In this document: positions 49,156 through 61,850 of the stretch, piece by piece
Layout: every line of letters starts with the position of its first letter
How positions within the stretch are numbered: the stretch's first letter is position 1
Origin: an uncultured Actinomycetota bacterium
GTDB taxonomy: Bacteria; Actinomycetota; Actinomycetes; JAHEKZ01
Reading direction: 5' to 3'
Length of the DNA stretch: 64,000 nucleotides
Assembly (NCBI GenBank): GCA_963829525.1
Contig: CAWHIJ010000003.1
Location: 2,877,647 to 2,941,646, forward strand
Translations under genes and position numbers: made by a program
The notes under the pieces: model-generated
The model's database searches: none
Seen by the model: the letters and a program-made list of their open reading frames with translations, nothing else
What the model was told of the DNA's origin: nothing

Positions 49156-50154
49156 CTAGTGGCAGGTTCCGCTGTAGCTGTCGATGACCGAGCCATTGGC
49201 GGTAACGAACTCGCTGCTCCAGCCGGACTCCTCCAGGTTCATTCGGAGGTAGCCGTAGCCCTTCCACTTAGCCGCAGGCTTAGGGCGTGCAGCGGCGTCG
49301 AAGTTGTGCAGCGACTCGCCCCCTGTGCCAGCGATGTACTCCGTGATTCCTGTCGTCGCATCTGGCGTTCCCGTCGGAGTGAGCGCGTCGAACCGCTGGT
49401 AGTTGTGGCGGTGGCCGTTGAGGACGACGTCGGCGCCAGCGGCGTAGAGACTGTTCCACCAGGGCTGGTAGGCGGTCAACTTGCCGGTTTGCCAGCTGTT
49501 GAAGAGCGGCTGGTGCCAGAAGGCGAGCGTGCAGGGCTGCGTGGTGGCGGCGAGATCCGCCTCGAGCCACTTCGTCTGCGGAGACGTCGCGCGACACCCT
49601 CCGACGTCCTTGCCACTGCACTGACCGTTGAGGCCGATGAGGTGCCAGTTGCCGATGTCGAACGAGAAGTGCCCGAGGCTCTCGGGGTGCGCGGCAGCCC
49701 CGAAGTAGTTGAAGTAGGTCTGGGCGGTTGCGTTGTCGGCCGGGCACTGCTTGCCGTAGATGTCGCTTCCCGTGACGTACTCGTGGTTGCCAACAACGGG
49801 GTTCATTCGGTCGTTCACCCGACCCCAGGAAGGGGTGTAGGAGACTGCGAAGTCAGCGGCATCGTCACACCAGTACTGGTAGTCACCGAGGCCAAGGATG
49901 GCCGTCACCGCCGTGTCCGCGACCATCAGATCCGAGACGGACATCTGCTGGCACTTTGTGGAGGTGCCAAGACCCCCAAGAAACGACGGGTTGTCGCTGT
50001 CGCAGGCGAAGTCGCCGACGGCTGCAATGGTGGTGACCGGCACGACGGGGGGCTCCTCGGCGGTCGCGGCCAGTGGCGCCTGCACCCACAGAGCCGGAAG
50101 GGCAGCGACCAACACCACTAGTGGCGCAAAGACGCGTCGAAGAGTGCCGTGCAC
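49156..50154 (-). CDS. Secreted calcineurin-like metallophosphoesterase
   Basis: AVGD; LGDYQY; GNHEY; WHQP; NGHRHNYQR; GTGG; signal peptide. Confidence 0.88.
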   Translation of the reverse strand: MHGTLRRVFAPLVVLVAALPALWVQAPLAATAEEPPVVPVTTIAAVGDFACDSDNPSFLGGLGTSTKCQQMSVSDLMVADTAVTAILGLGDYQYWCDDAADFAVSYTPSWGRVNDRMNPVVGNHEYVTGSDIYGKQCPADNATAQTYFNYFGAAAHPESLGHFSFDIGNWHLIGLNGQCSGKDVGGCRATSPQTKWLEADLAATTQPCTLAFWHQPLFNSWQTGKLTAYQPWWNSLYAAGADVVLNGHRHNYQRFDALTPTGTPDATTGITEYIAGTGGESLHNFDAAARPKPAAKWKGYGYLRMNLEESGWSSEFVTANGSVIDSYSGTCH

Positions 50155-50442
50155 CGTAGCCACTTCCCCCACTTGATACCAACCGTTGACCCAGTCACTC
50201 GGGCTAAACCCAGTTGCGTCTCGGCTGACGTCCCCCACTACCCCAGATCCGAGGTAGCCGCTTGCAGTTCGCCGACTATACCCGTGGAAGTCACTTTCCG
50301 TGATCACTACGACCTGGATGGACTACAGCCAGTTCACACCGTCACGATGCGGATGCGCAGGGTGGTTCTGTAGGCCAGTAGAGGGTCGCCGTGCCTGACC
50401 CGCGAAGGTTTGCCAACCGCCCCTCCGGGGCAAGTCCACCCC

Positions 50443-51936
50443 ATGAGCGTCTCCTACTGGACCCAGACCAGTCGGGTGCCGAGCCCTTCCCCTGTCTCCG
50501 ACATGCCCACCCACGTGGACGTCTGCGTGGTGGGCGCCGGAGTCGTCGGCCTCACCACGGCGCTCGAGCTCGCCCAGCAGGGCCGGAACGTCGTCGTGGT
50601 CGACGCCGACCAGATCGGCCGTGGCGTCACCGGCCAGTCGACGGCCAAGGTGACTGTCGGCACCGGACTCCGCCTCGACCAGATCGCCGACCGCCACGGT
50701 GTCGACGTGGCGCGCGAGTACGTCGACGCCGGCAACGCAGGCATGCAGTGGATCGCCAACCACCTCGACGGCCCAGAGGCGCATGGTCGGGGAGTCTGCC
50801 GCCCACGACCTGTGCGCCATGACGGCCGACGGCGTCCTCAACCTCGTGCGCCACGCCGCCCTCGCCGACGTGCATCGGCCTGAAGGTGGAGGAGCTGCCC
50901 GGTGGACCTATCCCCGGCGCCCTGCGAACGGTCCGCTACCCCGACCAGTGGATGATCCAGCCGACCGACTACCTGCGGCTGCTCGCTACCCGGATCGTCG
51001 ACCATGGCGGACGCCTCGTGCTCGGCCTTGCCGTGCGCCAGATCGAGGGCGGCTCACCCTCGAGAGTCGTGACCGACCACGGCACCATCGCCGCAGACCA
51101 CGTCGTTGCGGCGACGCACGTGCCCCTCGGTCTCGTGCCAGCGATGCTGCCGTGGCAGCCGGTCAGGCACCACGCAGTCGTCTTCGACACCGATGCCGAG
51201 GTGCCGATGGCCCTCGACGTCGACGGCGGTTGGTCGGTGCGCCCGGTTCCGCCCGGCACAGAGCCGGGCAGCACAGCCCACCGCGGCCTCGCCCTCGGTT
51301 CCGAACACGCCGTCGGCGAGGACGACACCACGGGGGCGGGCGCACTGCACCGTTGGGCCACCGGCACGTGGGACGCACGCGTCGTCGACACCTGGTCGTC
51401 GCAGGACAGCTTCGTCGCCGACCACCTGCCGATCGTCGGACGCCTCGGAGGCATCGATCGCGTGTTCACCGCCACCGGCTTCGGAGGGTGGGGGCTCGCC
51501 CTCGGCACCGCCGCTGGGATGGATCTCGCCAAGCGGCTCAGCACCGACAACGCCTCAGAGCGCTGGGGTTTCTGGTCGCTCACCCCCGGACGCCTGGCCG
51601 CGCTCGCACCGGCCATCGCCAAGCAAGGCGCCCAGGGCACCGGCAAGCTCGTCGCCGGCAACGTCACTTCGGTGCTGTCGAACGCCAGCGCCGACGAGCT
51701 CAGCCCCGGCCAGGGGATCGTCGTGCGCGAGGGCACCAACGTTCGTCGCCCGGTCGCTGGACGCCGATGGCCACGCCCACGCGGTCAGCGCGCGCTGCAC
51801 TCACATGGGCTGCATCGTCAACTGGAACAACGAGGCGCAGTCGTGGGACTGCGGCTGCCACGGGTCGCGCTTCTCACCCGCCGGCGCCGTGCTGCACGGA
51901 CCCGCGGTCAAGCCGCTCGCCCCGGTCTCCGACTGA
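50443..51936 (+). CDS. FAD-dependent oxidoreductase with C-terminal Rieske domain (YhfW-like); several frameshifts
   Basis: VVGAGVVGLTTA...GVTGQSTAK; ATGFGGWGLALG; CTHMGC...WDCGCHGSRF. Confidence 0.85.
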
Positions 51937-51989
51937 CCGCCCGTGCCACACTGCGCCAAACGGGACGCCCGTAGCGGAAGGGCTTGACC

Positions 51990-52830
51990 ATGCGCTTCGA
52001 CGACCGCCGGGTGAACACCTCGGGAGTGGACGACCTGCGTGGTCGACGCGGCCCCGGGGGCGTAGCGATCGGCGGCGGAGTGGGCCTGGTCGGCCTCGTG
52101 GTCGTGCTGCTGGTCACCTTCCTCAGCGGCGGCAGCGGTCTGCCACCCGGCGCGTTCGACATGTCGCAGCTGGACGGCGGCGCGCTTGGCAGCCAGCCCG
52201 GAACGGTCGCGGAGAGCGATCTCGCCGAGCGGTGCGTCACCGAGGGTGCCATCGAGAAGTACGACGACTGCTACCTGGTGAAGATCTACAACGAGACCGA
52301 CGAGGTGTGGGCGGCGGAGTTCGCCGCGGGCGCGTTCGGCAGCGCCGAGTACCGGCGCGCCGCGGCTGGCCTTCTTCACCGACTACGTCGACACCGGGTG
52401 CGGAGGCGCCAGCGCCGAGGTGGGGCCGTTCTACTGCCCGCCCGATGAGCGGATCTACTTCGACCTCGGATTCCTGGCCCAGCTGCAGCAGCAGTTCGGT
52501 GCCGAAGGGCGGTACGCGCAGGCGTACATCGTGGCCCACGAGTACGGACACCATCTGCAGAACATCCTCGGCATCGAACGCCGCGTCCGATCGATGCAAC
52601 AACAGAACCCGTCTCAGGCCAACGAGCTGTCGGTGCGCATGGAGCTGCAGGCGGACTGCCTGGCCGGTGTCTGGGGAGCCCTCGCCAACCGCGAGGGAAA
52701 CGTCACCATCACCGAAGCCGAGCTGCAGCAGGCGCAGGACGCCGCAGCCGCCGTCGGTGACGACCGCATCCAGCGCAAGACGCAGGGCCGCGTCGACCCC
52801 GAGGGCTGGACGCACGGGTCCGCCGAGCGC
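51990..52830 (+). CDS. YpfJ-like neutral zinc metallopeptidase; frameshift near 52360, C-terminus apparently missing
   Basis: GPFYCPPD; AYIVAHEYGHHLQ (HExxH); ELQADCLAG; AVGDDRIQ; WTHGSAE. Confidence 0.85.
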
Positions 52831-52887
52831 CCTGGCGGATGGACGCAGCGACTTCAGCGGCACCGTCGCGTCACCGTTCACCGGAAA

Positions 52888-54557
52888 TCAGCGGCTTCCA
52901 GCAGCACCACGTTCGCCCACCATCATCGAGGACCGCCAGCCACTCGCCGCGGGGCTCGTCAGCGTGGTTGACGCCTCGAGCCCCTGCGCCACCATTGCGC
53001 ACTTGACGCGCTTGCCCTGGTCGGCGTCCCGCAGTCGGTACTCACGTCCCGACTCACCAGTGATGCGGTTTCCATTGCGGTACCACCGCCAGCGACGCCG
53101 TTCGCCTCGACCACGTAGCCGGTCTACACGTCAGCACCCGCCCGACGCGAGCGCGTCCCGACACCGTCGCGTTTAACACCGGCTCACCGAAGTGCGCCGC
53201 ACCCACCACCGAGGGCGCGGCCGGCGGGTTGCCCATGCTTCGCAGCTCGACGACGGGGTAGTCACCGGCGGTCCAGACGACGTTGACGTGGTCGGCGGCG
53301 TCCAGGCCCAGTTGCACGGAGTTGGCCGATCCATCCGACGCCATGGTGAGGATGTTCTCTTCGTACGCCAGCCCGTGGTCGACCCAGCGAAGACGCAGCC
53401 CAAGATTATCGATGTTGCTGTCATACGACTGGTGGAGCACAGCGGTGAGGCCGCCGTTGCCCATCTCCACGTCGCGCATGTCAGACCGGACGCCGGCCGT
53501 TGACACCTCATTGGCGTCGAGGACGACTCCTCCTGCACTGCATGGCGCGAGATTTGGCCGTTCCACCAGAAGCCGGTGATGTAGCCGTCGGGGTCGACAA
53601 CAGGCGTCTCCACCGAGTGGAAGCCTGGGCCAGTGACCAGATCGGTGGAGACCCACGGATCACCAGTGGTGACGTTGCGGAAGGCTAGCCGGACGATTGC
53701 GTTGCCGTCCGACGGCGCGTTCCACTCGATGGCGGCCATGCCGTTCGGGCCGATCGCAGCCTTGGCGCCCTGCGCGTCACCGGGCGCGGACACATTGTCA
53801 ACGGTCCACGTGCTGTCTGCGCCGGCAGGACGCGTTGCCGCTCGCACCCTCGAGACCGCCAGCTCATAGCCCTGGATGAACGTCACCATGGCGTGTCCGT
53901 TCGGGCTGACGGCGAGGGAGCGCACCACGGCGTGCACGTCCGCAGGAGAGAGGAACCTGGTGCGCCAAGGCTCTCCTGGCCGCTTCATGCCGACCTCCGC
54001 CCGGTAGGTCGGCGGGTTGGTGGACACCTTCGGCGACGCGGTCGTCGAGACGAACACGGTGCCGCCGTCAGTCACCGCCACCTGGGGCGACTGGTGTCCG
54101 TATCCCTTGTCGGTGAACGGCTGCTGAGGCTTTGACAGGGTGGCCGATCGGCTGTCGAGCCGCGAGAAGAGCACCTGCGGGACGCCAGTGGTTGGGTCGT
54201 AGCGCACCCAACTGACCGAGAAGTCTCCCTTTCGGTCGCCGGCCAGCGCGATGTCTTGGGCCGCTTCGGTGACGAAGCGCTGCACCTTCACCCACGCGGC
54301 AGACCCCGGGGAGCGGACGCGGCCGCGGATCGCCACCTGCTCGTTCCCGGCACCGATGTCACCCAGAGCACCGCATCCGTTCCATCGGGAGCAGTTGCCG
54401 ACACCTGGTTCACCACCCCTGAGGTGCCGGGGATCCGAGCCGGCGCCGTCCACCCGGAGGGGACCGCCTCAGCGGGGAAGGGGGCCATGGCGGCGACGAG
54501 GGCAAACGCACCGAGGAGCGTCACCAGCAATGGACGGCGGGCGGATTGAGCAGACAT
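52888..54557 (-). CDS. Secreted protein with C-terminal Ig-like domain; several frameshifts, end approximate
   Basis: Signal peptide (MSAQSARR...AEA); beta-rich repeats; SGRARVGRVLTC...WYRNG.RITG...YRL..ADQGKRVKC. Confidence 0.6.
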
Positions 54558-54743
54558 GGCTTCCTCCGGACGGGCCGGACGGCGGCCGACCGCGTGATCT
54601 CGCACGCTAGCCCCGAAACGCGTCGCGCGTAACCCTCCTGCCGACCAACTTCAGGCGCGGGAGGTGTTGATCGACTTCACATTGGGTAAGGACCCGGCAG
54701 GCCCGGACATCAGTACGGGGAAGACTCGAAAAGGGACTGACTC

Positions 54744-55028
54744 ATGGAGATCTTGGTACTGCTCATCGCTGGACTCATTATTGGACTCCTGGGCAAGTTT
54801 CTCGCCCCTGGGGACAAGGACAACATTCCGATCTGGCTCACGCTGCTGTGCGGTATCGGCGGTGTTCTGCTCGGGTATGTGATCTATGACGCTTTTGGTG
54901 GAGACAACAACACGAACGGCGTCGACTGGATCCGCTGGCTCGTGTCGATCGCCGTGGCCGTAGTGCTCGTGATGATCGCCTCGACGCTCACGGGGCGCAA
55001 CACCTCGAGTACCCGTAGCCGCGTGTAG
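54744..55028 (+). CDS. GlsB/YeaQ/YmgE (transglycosylase-associated) membrane protein
   Basis: GLIIGLLGKFLAPG.KDNIPIWLTLLCGIGG..LG. Confidence 0.9.
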   Translation: MEILVLLIAGLIIGLLGKFLAPGDKDNIPIWLTLLCGIGGVLLGYVIYDAFGGDNNTNGVDWIRWLVSIAVAVVLVMIASTLTGRNTSSTRSRV

Positions 55029-55054
55029 CGAAGCGGAAGTCAGCAGCACCGCTA

Positions 55055-55089
55055 GTCGATGGGACGTCCGTTACGGGCGTCCCATCGAC
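55055..55089. terminator. Hairpin between convergent genes
   Basis: GTCGATGGGACGTCCG...CGGGCGTCCCATCGAC. Confidence 0.75.
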
Positions 55090-55187
55090 GGCGTTTGGAA
55101 GATCGCACAACCGTAGCTGACCGGAGGTCACGCACCTTCATGGACGATGACTTGACCGGACCGAAACCGTCATCGACGATTTGACCC

Positions 55188-56222
55188 CTACGGCGTCTGG
55201 CGGGTGCGGTGTGCGGTCGCGCCAGACAGCTCGTCGTCCAGCTGCTGGCGGTCGGCGTCGACCATGATCCGCGCCAGCTCGGGGGTGATGCACCGCGCCT
55301 TCCAGCCGAGCTGGTCGCGCGGCCTTGGTGGCGTCGCCGATCAGGGCGTCGACCTCGGTGGGGCGCAGGTAGCGCTCGTCGAACTTGACGTACTTCTCCC
55401 AGTCGAGGCCGGCATGCTCGAAGGCGAACTGCACGAAGTCGCGCACCGAGTAGCCGCGTCCCGGTGGCGACGACGTAGTCGTCGGGCTGCGTCGGCCTGC
55501 AGCATCCGCCACATGCGCCTCGACGTACTCCGGGGCGTAGCCCCAGTCGCGGACGGCGTCGAGGTTGCCCAGGTAGAGGTGCTCCTGCAGGCCGGCGGCG
55601 ATGCGGGCGACGGCCCGGGTGATCTTGCGGGTCACGAAGGTCTCGCCGCGGCGGGGGGACTCGTGGTTGAACAGGATGCCGTTGACGGCGAACATGCCGT
55701 AGGCCTCGCGGTAGTTGCGGGTCACCCAGTAGGCGTAGACCTTCGCGGCGCCGTAGGGCGAGCGCGGGTAGAACGGCGTCTCCTCGTTCTGCGGCGGCGG
55801 GGTCGCGCCGAACATCTCCGACGACGACGCCTGGTAGAAGCGGCAGTTCAGCTCGGCGTCGCGGATCGCCTCGAGCAGGCGGATCGTGCCGAGCCCGGTG
55901 ACGTCGCCGGTGTACTCGGGCATCGTCGAAGGAGACCCGGACGTGGGACTGCGCGGCGAGGTTGTAGACCTCGTCGGGCTGCGATCTGCTGCAGCAGAGG
56001 TCACCAGGCCGGAGCCGTCGGTCAGGTCGCCGTAGTGCAGGAACAGCCGCGCGTCCTGGCTCGTGCGGGTCGACGTAGAGGTGGTCGATCCGCTCGGTGT
56101 TGAACGTGGACGCGCGGCGGATCAGGCCGTGGACCTCGTAGCCCTTGTCCAGCAGCAGCTCGGCCAGGTACGAGCCGTCCTGGCCCGGTGATCCCGGTGA
56201 TCAACGCCTTCTTGGTGGTCAC
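55188..56222 (-). CDS. gmd: GDP-mannose 4,6-dehydratase; several frameshifts
   Basis: [10 protein letters not shown]; [11 protein letters not shown]; PRSPYGAAK; [17 protein letters not shown]; RDWGYA; RPTEVD. Confidence 0.93.
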
Positions 56223-56458
56223 TGCCCTCCCCTGCGTGATCCGTCCGAGGAATCGGGCTGGGTACATCCTCCCAGAGCGCCAGATCCCGCCGATCGAGCC
56301 CGGCGGTTGTCGCCGAGCTCACGGTGGAACCGCCGCCCGGCGATAGGTCGTTCTAGGCTCGCCGACAACGGCATCGAATACCGCTGGTAACGGGCCTGGC
56401 GGACGTCCCCCCGCCATGTTAAGCGGCACCAAATCCGATGGCGCTGAAAGGAGGCCCC

Positions 56459-57389
56459 ATGACCGATCAGGGCCGCGTCTACGTCGCCGGACACCGCGGA
56501 CTCGCCGGCTCCGCGGTGTGGCGGGCCTACGAGCGGCGCGGCGGCGTCGACCTCATCGGCCGACCCTCGGCCGAGCTCGACCTGCGCGACCGCGAGCCCA
56601 CCTTCGACCTTCTTACACCGAGCACGCCCGACACCGTCGTCATGGCTGCCGCGAAGGTCGGCGGGATCCTGGGCCAACTCACACGCTACCCGGTCGACTT
56701 CCTCTCCGACAACCTGCGGATCCAGACCAACGTGCTCGACGCCGCTCACGCCGCGGCGTCGAGCGGCTGCTGTTCCTCGGCTCGTCCTGCATCTACCCCA
56801 AGCTCGCGCCGCAGCCGATCCGGAGTCGTCGCTGCTCACCGGCCCGCTCGAACCCACCAACGACGCCTACGCGATCGCCAAGATCGCCGGCATCCTCCAC
56901 GTGCAGGCGATGCGCGGCAGTACGGCCACCGCTGGATCTCCGCCATGCCGACCAACCTCTACGGCCCCGGCGACAACTACGACCCGCAGTCTCCCACGTG
57001 CTCGCCGCGCTGATCCGGCGCTTCCACGAGGCTGTACGACCGAGCGCCCGCAGCGTCACGGTCTGGGGCACGGGCACGCCGCGCCGGGAGTTCCTGCACG
57101 CCGACGACCTCGCGGACGCCTGCCTGTTCCTGCTCGACCACTACGACGACCCGAGCCCCGATCAACATCGGCACCGGGCGAGGACATCGAGATCTGCGAA
57201 CTGGCCCACCTCATCGCCGAGGTCGTCGGCTACACCGGCCGGATCGAGTTCGACACCAGCAAGCCGGACGGCACACCCCGCAAGCTGCTCGACGTCACGC
57301 GGCTGACCGACCTGGGTTGGACAGCAACGATCACCCTCTCCGATGGAATTCGGGGCGCTTACGCGAGCTTTCTCGACGCGAGACCCTAA
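56459..57389 (+). CDS. fcl: GDP-L-fucose synthase; several frameshifts
   Basis: [11 protein letters not shown]; AAKVGGI; LGSSCIYPK; [12 protein letters not shown]; [12 protein letters not shown]; KPDGTPRK. Confidence 0.92.
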
Positions 57390-58885
57390 TACGCGCCTTC
57401 GCCGCGGAGTACGGCCAACACTGTCCTCAGCAGGATGGTGGTGTCCATAGCTAGCGACCAGTTCTCCACGTAGTACAGGTCGAGTCGGACGGCCTCTTCC
57501 CATGACACGTCAGATCGTCCAGAGACCTGCCAGAGTCCCGTGACCCCGGGCCTGATAAGCAACCGACGGGTTGCGATTTCATCGTAAAACTCGACTTCAG
57601 CCGGGCGTTGCGGACGAGGCCCGACAAGCGACATGGACCCCGTGAACACATTTACCAGTTGGGGCAACTCGTCCAATGAGTAGCGTCGAAGATACTTTCC
57701 AATAGATGTAACACGTGGATCTTGCGGCACTTTGAAGAGGGGCCCATCCTCGCGCCCGTGGTGAACAAGCAACTCCTGCAGCATTTCATCAGCACCCAGC
57801 TTCATGGTGCGAAACTTCCAAATGACAAAAGTCTGCCCGTTCGCTCCGATGCGCGCCTGTTTGAAGATCGCGGGTCCCTTGGAAGTAGTGCGGACCGAGA
57901 TGGCGATCAGGATCAGGATCGGTCCAAGAAGGAGCAAGCCCACACCAGATCCGATGAGATCAATGCTTCGCTTGATGAAGCGAGTCCAACCGCTGAAGGT
58001 CGGTTCATCGACGTACATGAGCGGGAGCCCGGCGACCGGGCGGATGGCGATACGGGGGCCAGCCACATCCGTGAGGGCAGGAGCCACAACTAGATCTACT
58101 CCCGAGCCTTCGAGGGACCAGGCGAGCTGGCGAACAAAGGGAGGCGTTATCTGCGCGGAGGCCGAGAGGGCCACGGTGTCCAAAGCGTGAGAGCGAATGA
58201 CTTCGAGGGTGGAATCGATCGAGCCAAGAATTGAACCGTTCCCGGTGCTAGTCAGTTCATCCGAGGGAACAACCATCCCCATCATGCTGAACCCCGAATG
58301 AGGGTCCCGCGCCAGTGTGGAGGCCAGAACCGATGCCGTGTCGCAATCGCCGACCACCAGGACGCGGTGCAAGAGTCGGCCTTGCCGTCGACGGCGCTGG
58401 ATCCACTGGCGGACCGAAAATCTCTCCAGGACGAGGAGTGTGACACCAAGGGGAAGAGCCACGGCAACGAACCCACGCGCCACCTGAAGCTTGAAGCTAA
58501 AGGAGAGAATGGCGATCGTTCCGAAGAGTGCAAACGAGGTCGTTACCACTCGCCGAAACTCCTCAGTGCCGACCCCCAGGAGCCTCGGCTCATAACAACG
58601 AAAGGCCCATAGCAGCGCCATCCAAGCGAGAATGAGGATGAGCGCAAGCAAGGGGTAGTTTGTGCTTCCGGTCACGCCGTCGCTGAGCACGAACCGCCCA
58701 TAGTAGGCGGCCAAAACGGCTACACCTACCGCCGCCAGATCGACGACGAGCAAGGTTCTAAGAATCTTTCCCTGCCAAGCAGTCTTTTCGTGCAGACGGC
58801 CTTCGAAGCTGTCGTCATCCGCCAGCGGCGGCTCCGTCTGCTTGATGGGATCCCTATGTACATCGCCTTCATGCACATGGGTCAA
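57386..58885 (-). CDS. Priming undecaprenyl-phosphate sugar phosphotransferase (WcaJ/WbaP family)
   Basis: Four TMs; KRSIDL; KFRTM; DPRVT; [20 protein letters not shown]; [13 protein letters not shown]; start approximate. Confidence 0.93.
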   Translation of the reverse strand: MTHVHEGDVHRDPIKQTEPPLADDDSFEGRLHEKTAWQGKILRTLLVVDLAAVGVAVLAAYYGRFVLSDGVTGSTNYPLLALILILAWMALLWAFRCYEPRLLGVGTEEFRRVVTTSFALFGTIAILSFSFKLQVARGFVAVALPLGVTLLVLERFSVRQWIQRRRRQGRLLHRVLVVGDCDTASVLASTLARDPHSGFSMMGMVVPSDELTSTGNGSILGSIDSTLEVIRSHALDTVALSASAQITPPFVRQLAWSLEGSGVDLVVAPALTDVAGPRIAIRPVAGLPLMYVDEPTFSGWTRFIKRSIDLIGSGVGLLLLGPILILIAISVRTTSKGPAIFKQARIGANGQTFVIWKFRTMKLGADEMLQELLVHHGREDGPLFKVPQDPRVTSIGKYLRRYSLDELPQLVNVFTGSMSLVGPRPQRPAEVEFYDEIATRRLLIRPGVTGLWQVSGRSDVSWEEAVRLDLYYVENWSLAMDTTILLRTVLAVLRGEGAY

Positions 58886-59126
58886 CTCAGTTCTATCCTT
58901 CGATCTCCCCGATCCGTAAGGGACCCACCGCCCAGCGCCCACCACCAAATCCAATCACCCCAGGTCCAGTCACGATTAACCGGCGCCTTGCCGAACTCCT
59001 GCCGGGAACAGAGTAGAGACAGTACCCACCCAGGTAGCCCTACCCCACGTATGTTTGAGATGGCATTCTCTACCCCCCCTCATTGCGACCCGTCGAGGTC
59101 GGGGTGAGGAAACCGCCCTGACGCTG

Positions 59127-60340
59127 ATGTGTCAGGCTTTTGCGGTGTCCCCTGACCCCACACCGAAGACCAAAGATTCATTCGGAACCACCTCGATCCT
59201 CTTCTTGTCGCTTTACTACGCGCCCGAGCATTCGGGATCAGCGCCCTACACCACGGACACCGCGGAGTACTTTGCATCCCTCGGGGCGGACGTTCACGTG
59301 GTGACTACCTGGCCGCACTACCCTAGATGGCGCCGCCCCGAGGGCGTGATGAACAGGTGGTCTACCGAAGTGCGGAATGGGGTCACGGTCCACCGGGTCC
59401 CCTGCTACGTACCGAGAAACCCGACGCTTGGACGGTGCTCTTACGAAGGGTCCTTCTTCTCACCGCCTGCATGGGCGATGCTTCAGACCAAGCCTGATGT
59501 TGTCGTTGGATGTATGCCCGGTCTCTTCTCCGGCGCCCTGGCCACCCTCGCAGCACGTAGCCCTAGTACTCGCCTCGTGCAAGTGGTGCAGGACCTCTTC
59601 ACCTCTGGCTCCGTCCAATCGGGAATCAGGGGAGGACGCTCCGCGCGAGGCATCTTGGCTGCTATCGAAGGGTTCAGTCTGCGTCGCGCCGACGCGGTTT
59701 CAGTGCCCAGCAGCGCATTCCTACCAACATTGGACTTGCTCGGCGTCGCCAGAGAGCGTGTCACAGTGGTACCCAACTGGTCACGCCTCGAGAAGATCGA
59801 AATAGACCGAAGCGCGGCCCGAAGCCAGTTGGGCTGGGTTGGACGAACGGTAGTTTCTCCACACGGGGAACATGGGCTTGAAGCAGGGTCTCGAGGAACT
59901 AGCACCCTACATTGCAGAGATTTCACAGACTCATCCTGAAATATCTTTTTCGTCTTCGTGGGGGACGGTAGCCAACGCTCCGCTCTCGAACGGGCGCTGA
60001 TCGGAGTCGAAAATGCACACGTCAGCGGGCCAGTATCTGATGAGGAGTATCTACCCCTCCTGATTGCCTCAGACGTCCTTCTCGTGCACGAAAGGAGTTC
60101 AGTGGTGACACTAGCCTCCCGAGTAAGTTGACCTCCTACTACGTAGCGGGACAACCAGTGCTTGCTGTTACCCGGCCCGGAAGCGCGACCTCTCGCGAGA
60201 TGACGCGCTCTGCAGCCGGCATCTGCATGCCTCACGCAAACTCCCGGAATTGGCCGAGTACATCCTTAAGGCGGCGGCTTTCACGGAGCACAGCCCCCGT
60301 GCATCGGGAGTAGGGGCCTCCTCGGACCCTGACGACCCGC
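59127..60340 (+). CDS. GT4 glycosyltransferase (WcaI-like); frameshifted, end approximate
   Basis: YYAPEHSGSAPYTT; PHYPRW; VQDL; VPNW; GNMGLKQGL in a shifted frame; SKLTSY..AGQPVLA. Confidence 0.8.
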
Positions 60341-60420
60341 AACGAGTTTCTCCCGCTGAAGGGAACTCATCAGCACCTCTGAGGCCTAAGCCCCGGCGAC
60401 GAAGAATTCGTCGTTCGAGG

Positions 60421-61584
60421 CTAGATGTGATCCGGCTTGCGATCGTCGGCGGCTGCCTGATAGATCGACATGACGCTGCGCAAGTGGGCCTCAACGGTGT
60501 ACCTCTCATCGAAAGTCAGCCTGCATCGTTCGGAAAGCTCAACGCGTCGCTCGGTTACCTCTTGAAGGTCGCCTCAAGCGAATCGAACCAAGAAACGGAT
60601 ATTCCGGTGCCTCTTTGATGACGTTGTCCGAAACCACATTGGTGTCAAACGCAACCACGGGAAGGCCGGCAGCCAGGGCCTCGATGTACACAAGGGGGCC
60701 CCTTCGAGACAACGGCTCGGGAAAAGATGAGTCCTCTTGCTGACTCCATCATCTTCAGCAACTCGGTACAAGCCACACGGCCCAGCAGACGAACATCCCG
60801 GTGTTCTGTCAGCTGTTGAATCAACGAACGCTGAGGACCTTCTCCGACAACATCGAGTGGCTCACTTGACGGCCAGAGACCCATCAACTCGACGATCCCC
60901 TTCTCCTGTATGAGTTGACCGGCTACCAACCATCGACCTGAGCTCGCGCGACCAGTCGACTCGGACCCCAAAGGCCTCATCCGCGGTAGCAGGAAATTCG
61001 GCTTGACGACCATCCGCTCTCCGGGGACACCCCAGCCAGCGTAGATGCGCTTCATTCGGTCAGAGAGCACGATCAACCGGTCGCTGCGTCTGATCAGTTG
61101 ATCGTGCGTCACACCTCGCGCAGAGGCAAAGGCCAGAGGGGCCGTGGCGAGGCGAGAATCCCGATAGCAGGCGTAGCGGAGGGCCGCCCATTTGTTCTCC
61201 GTCCGGGCAGAGTGCATGGCTGCCGTCGCGGTATAGGACTGCCCGCGCACATAGCGGACGGAAGTTGTGCAGCGTGTGAACCAGCGGTCCGCCCCAGTCT
61301 GACGCCCAGTTCCGACCGAAGTTCGGGAAGGTGTTGTGGACGTGCGTCACATCGGGCTGCCAGACCTCCAGTTTGCGAATGGGAGAGCGACCACGGCCCG
61401 AAGCCACGGAGTACGCAGATCCCAATTGATACGACGGGCCATTCTCGAGGTCCTCCGTGTGCGCTCCCACGACGAGCACCTCATGTCCAGCAGCCTCCAG
61501 TGCCTCAGCCTCATCCCGAACCACGGAGTTCTCGCCCCCCGGTACACGAGGGTGGTAAAAGCTGTGCACTAACGCGATCCGCAC
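60421..61584 (-). CDS. GT4 glycosyltransferase; frameshifted
   Basis: VHSFY...GGENSVV; HVHNTFP; TLHNFR.LC; VKPNF; EKGI; EG.P..YIEALAAG.PVV. Confidence 0.82.
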
Positions 61585-61850
61585 CTGGACCTCCGAATGG
61601 AGAAACTTCTGGCCAACATCAGTAGCCACCCGACGCAATTAAGCAATGATGCTAGGGACGCGTAGTCATCGGCTCCGCGCGGTAGACGGCTCACAATCTT
61701 GAGATCGCATCCGGAGCAGAGACTAGTCACATAAATCCGAACACCAGTCTGAGACCGTCAGCGGACTCAAGACATGACGAGCCCGTACACTCTGCCTACA
61801 TCATGTCAGGCGATGCGCAAGGTCGAGGTCGGGTGCAAAGTTCGGTGCCG

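Noticed and set aside
50699-53176. 825-aa ORF as a single protein
   Set aside because: Arg/Pro-rich off-frame read-through of two frameshifted genes.
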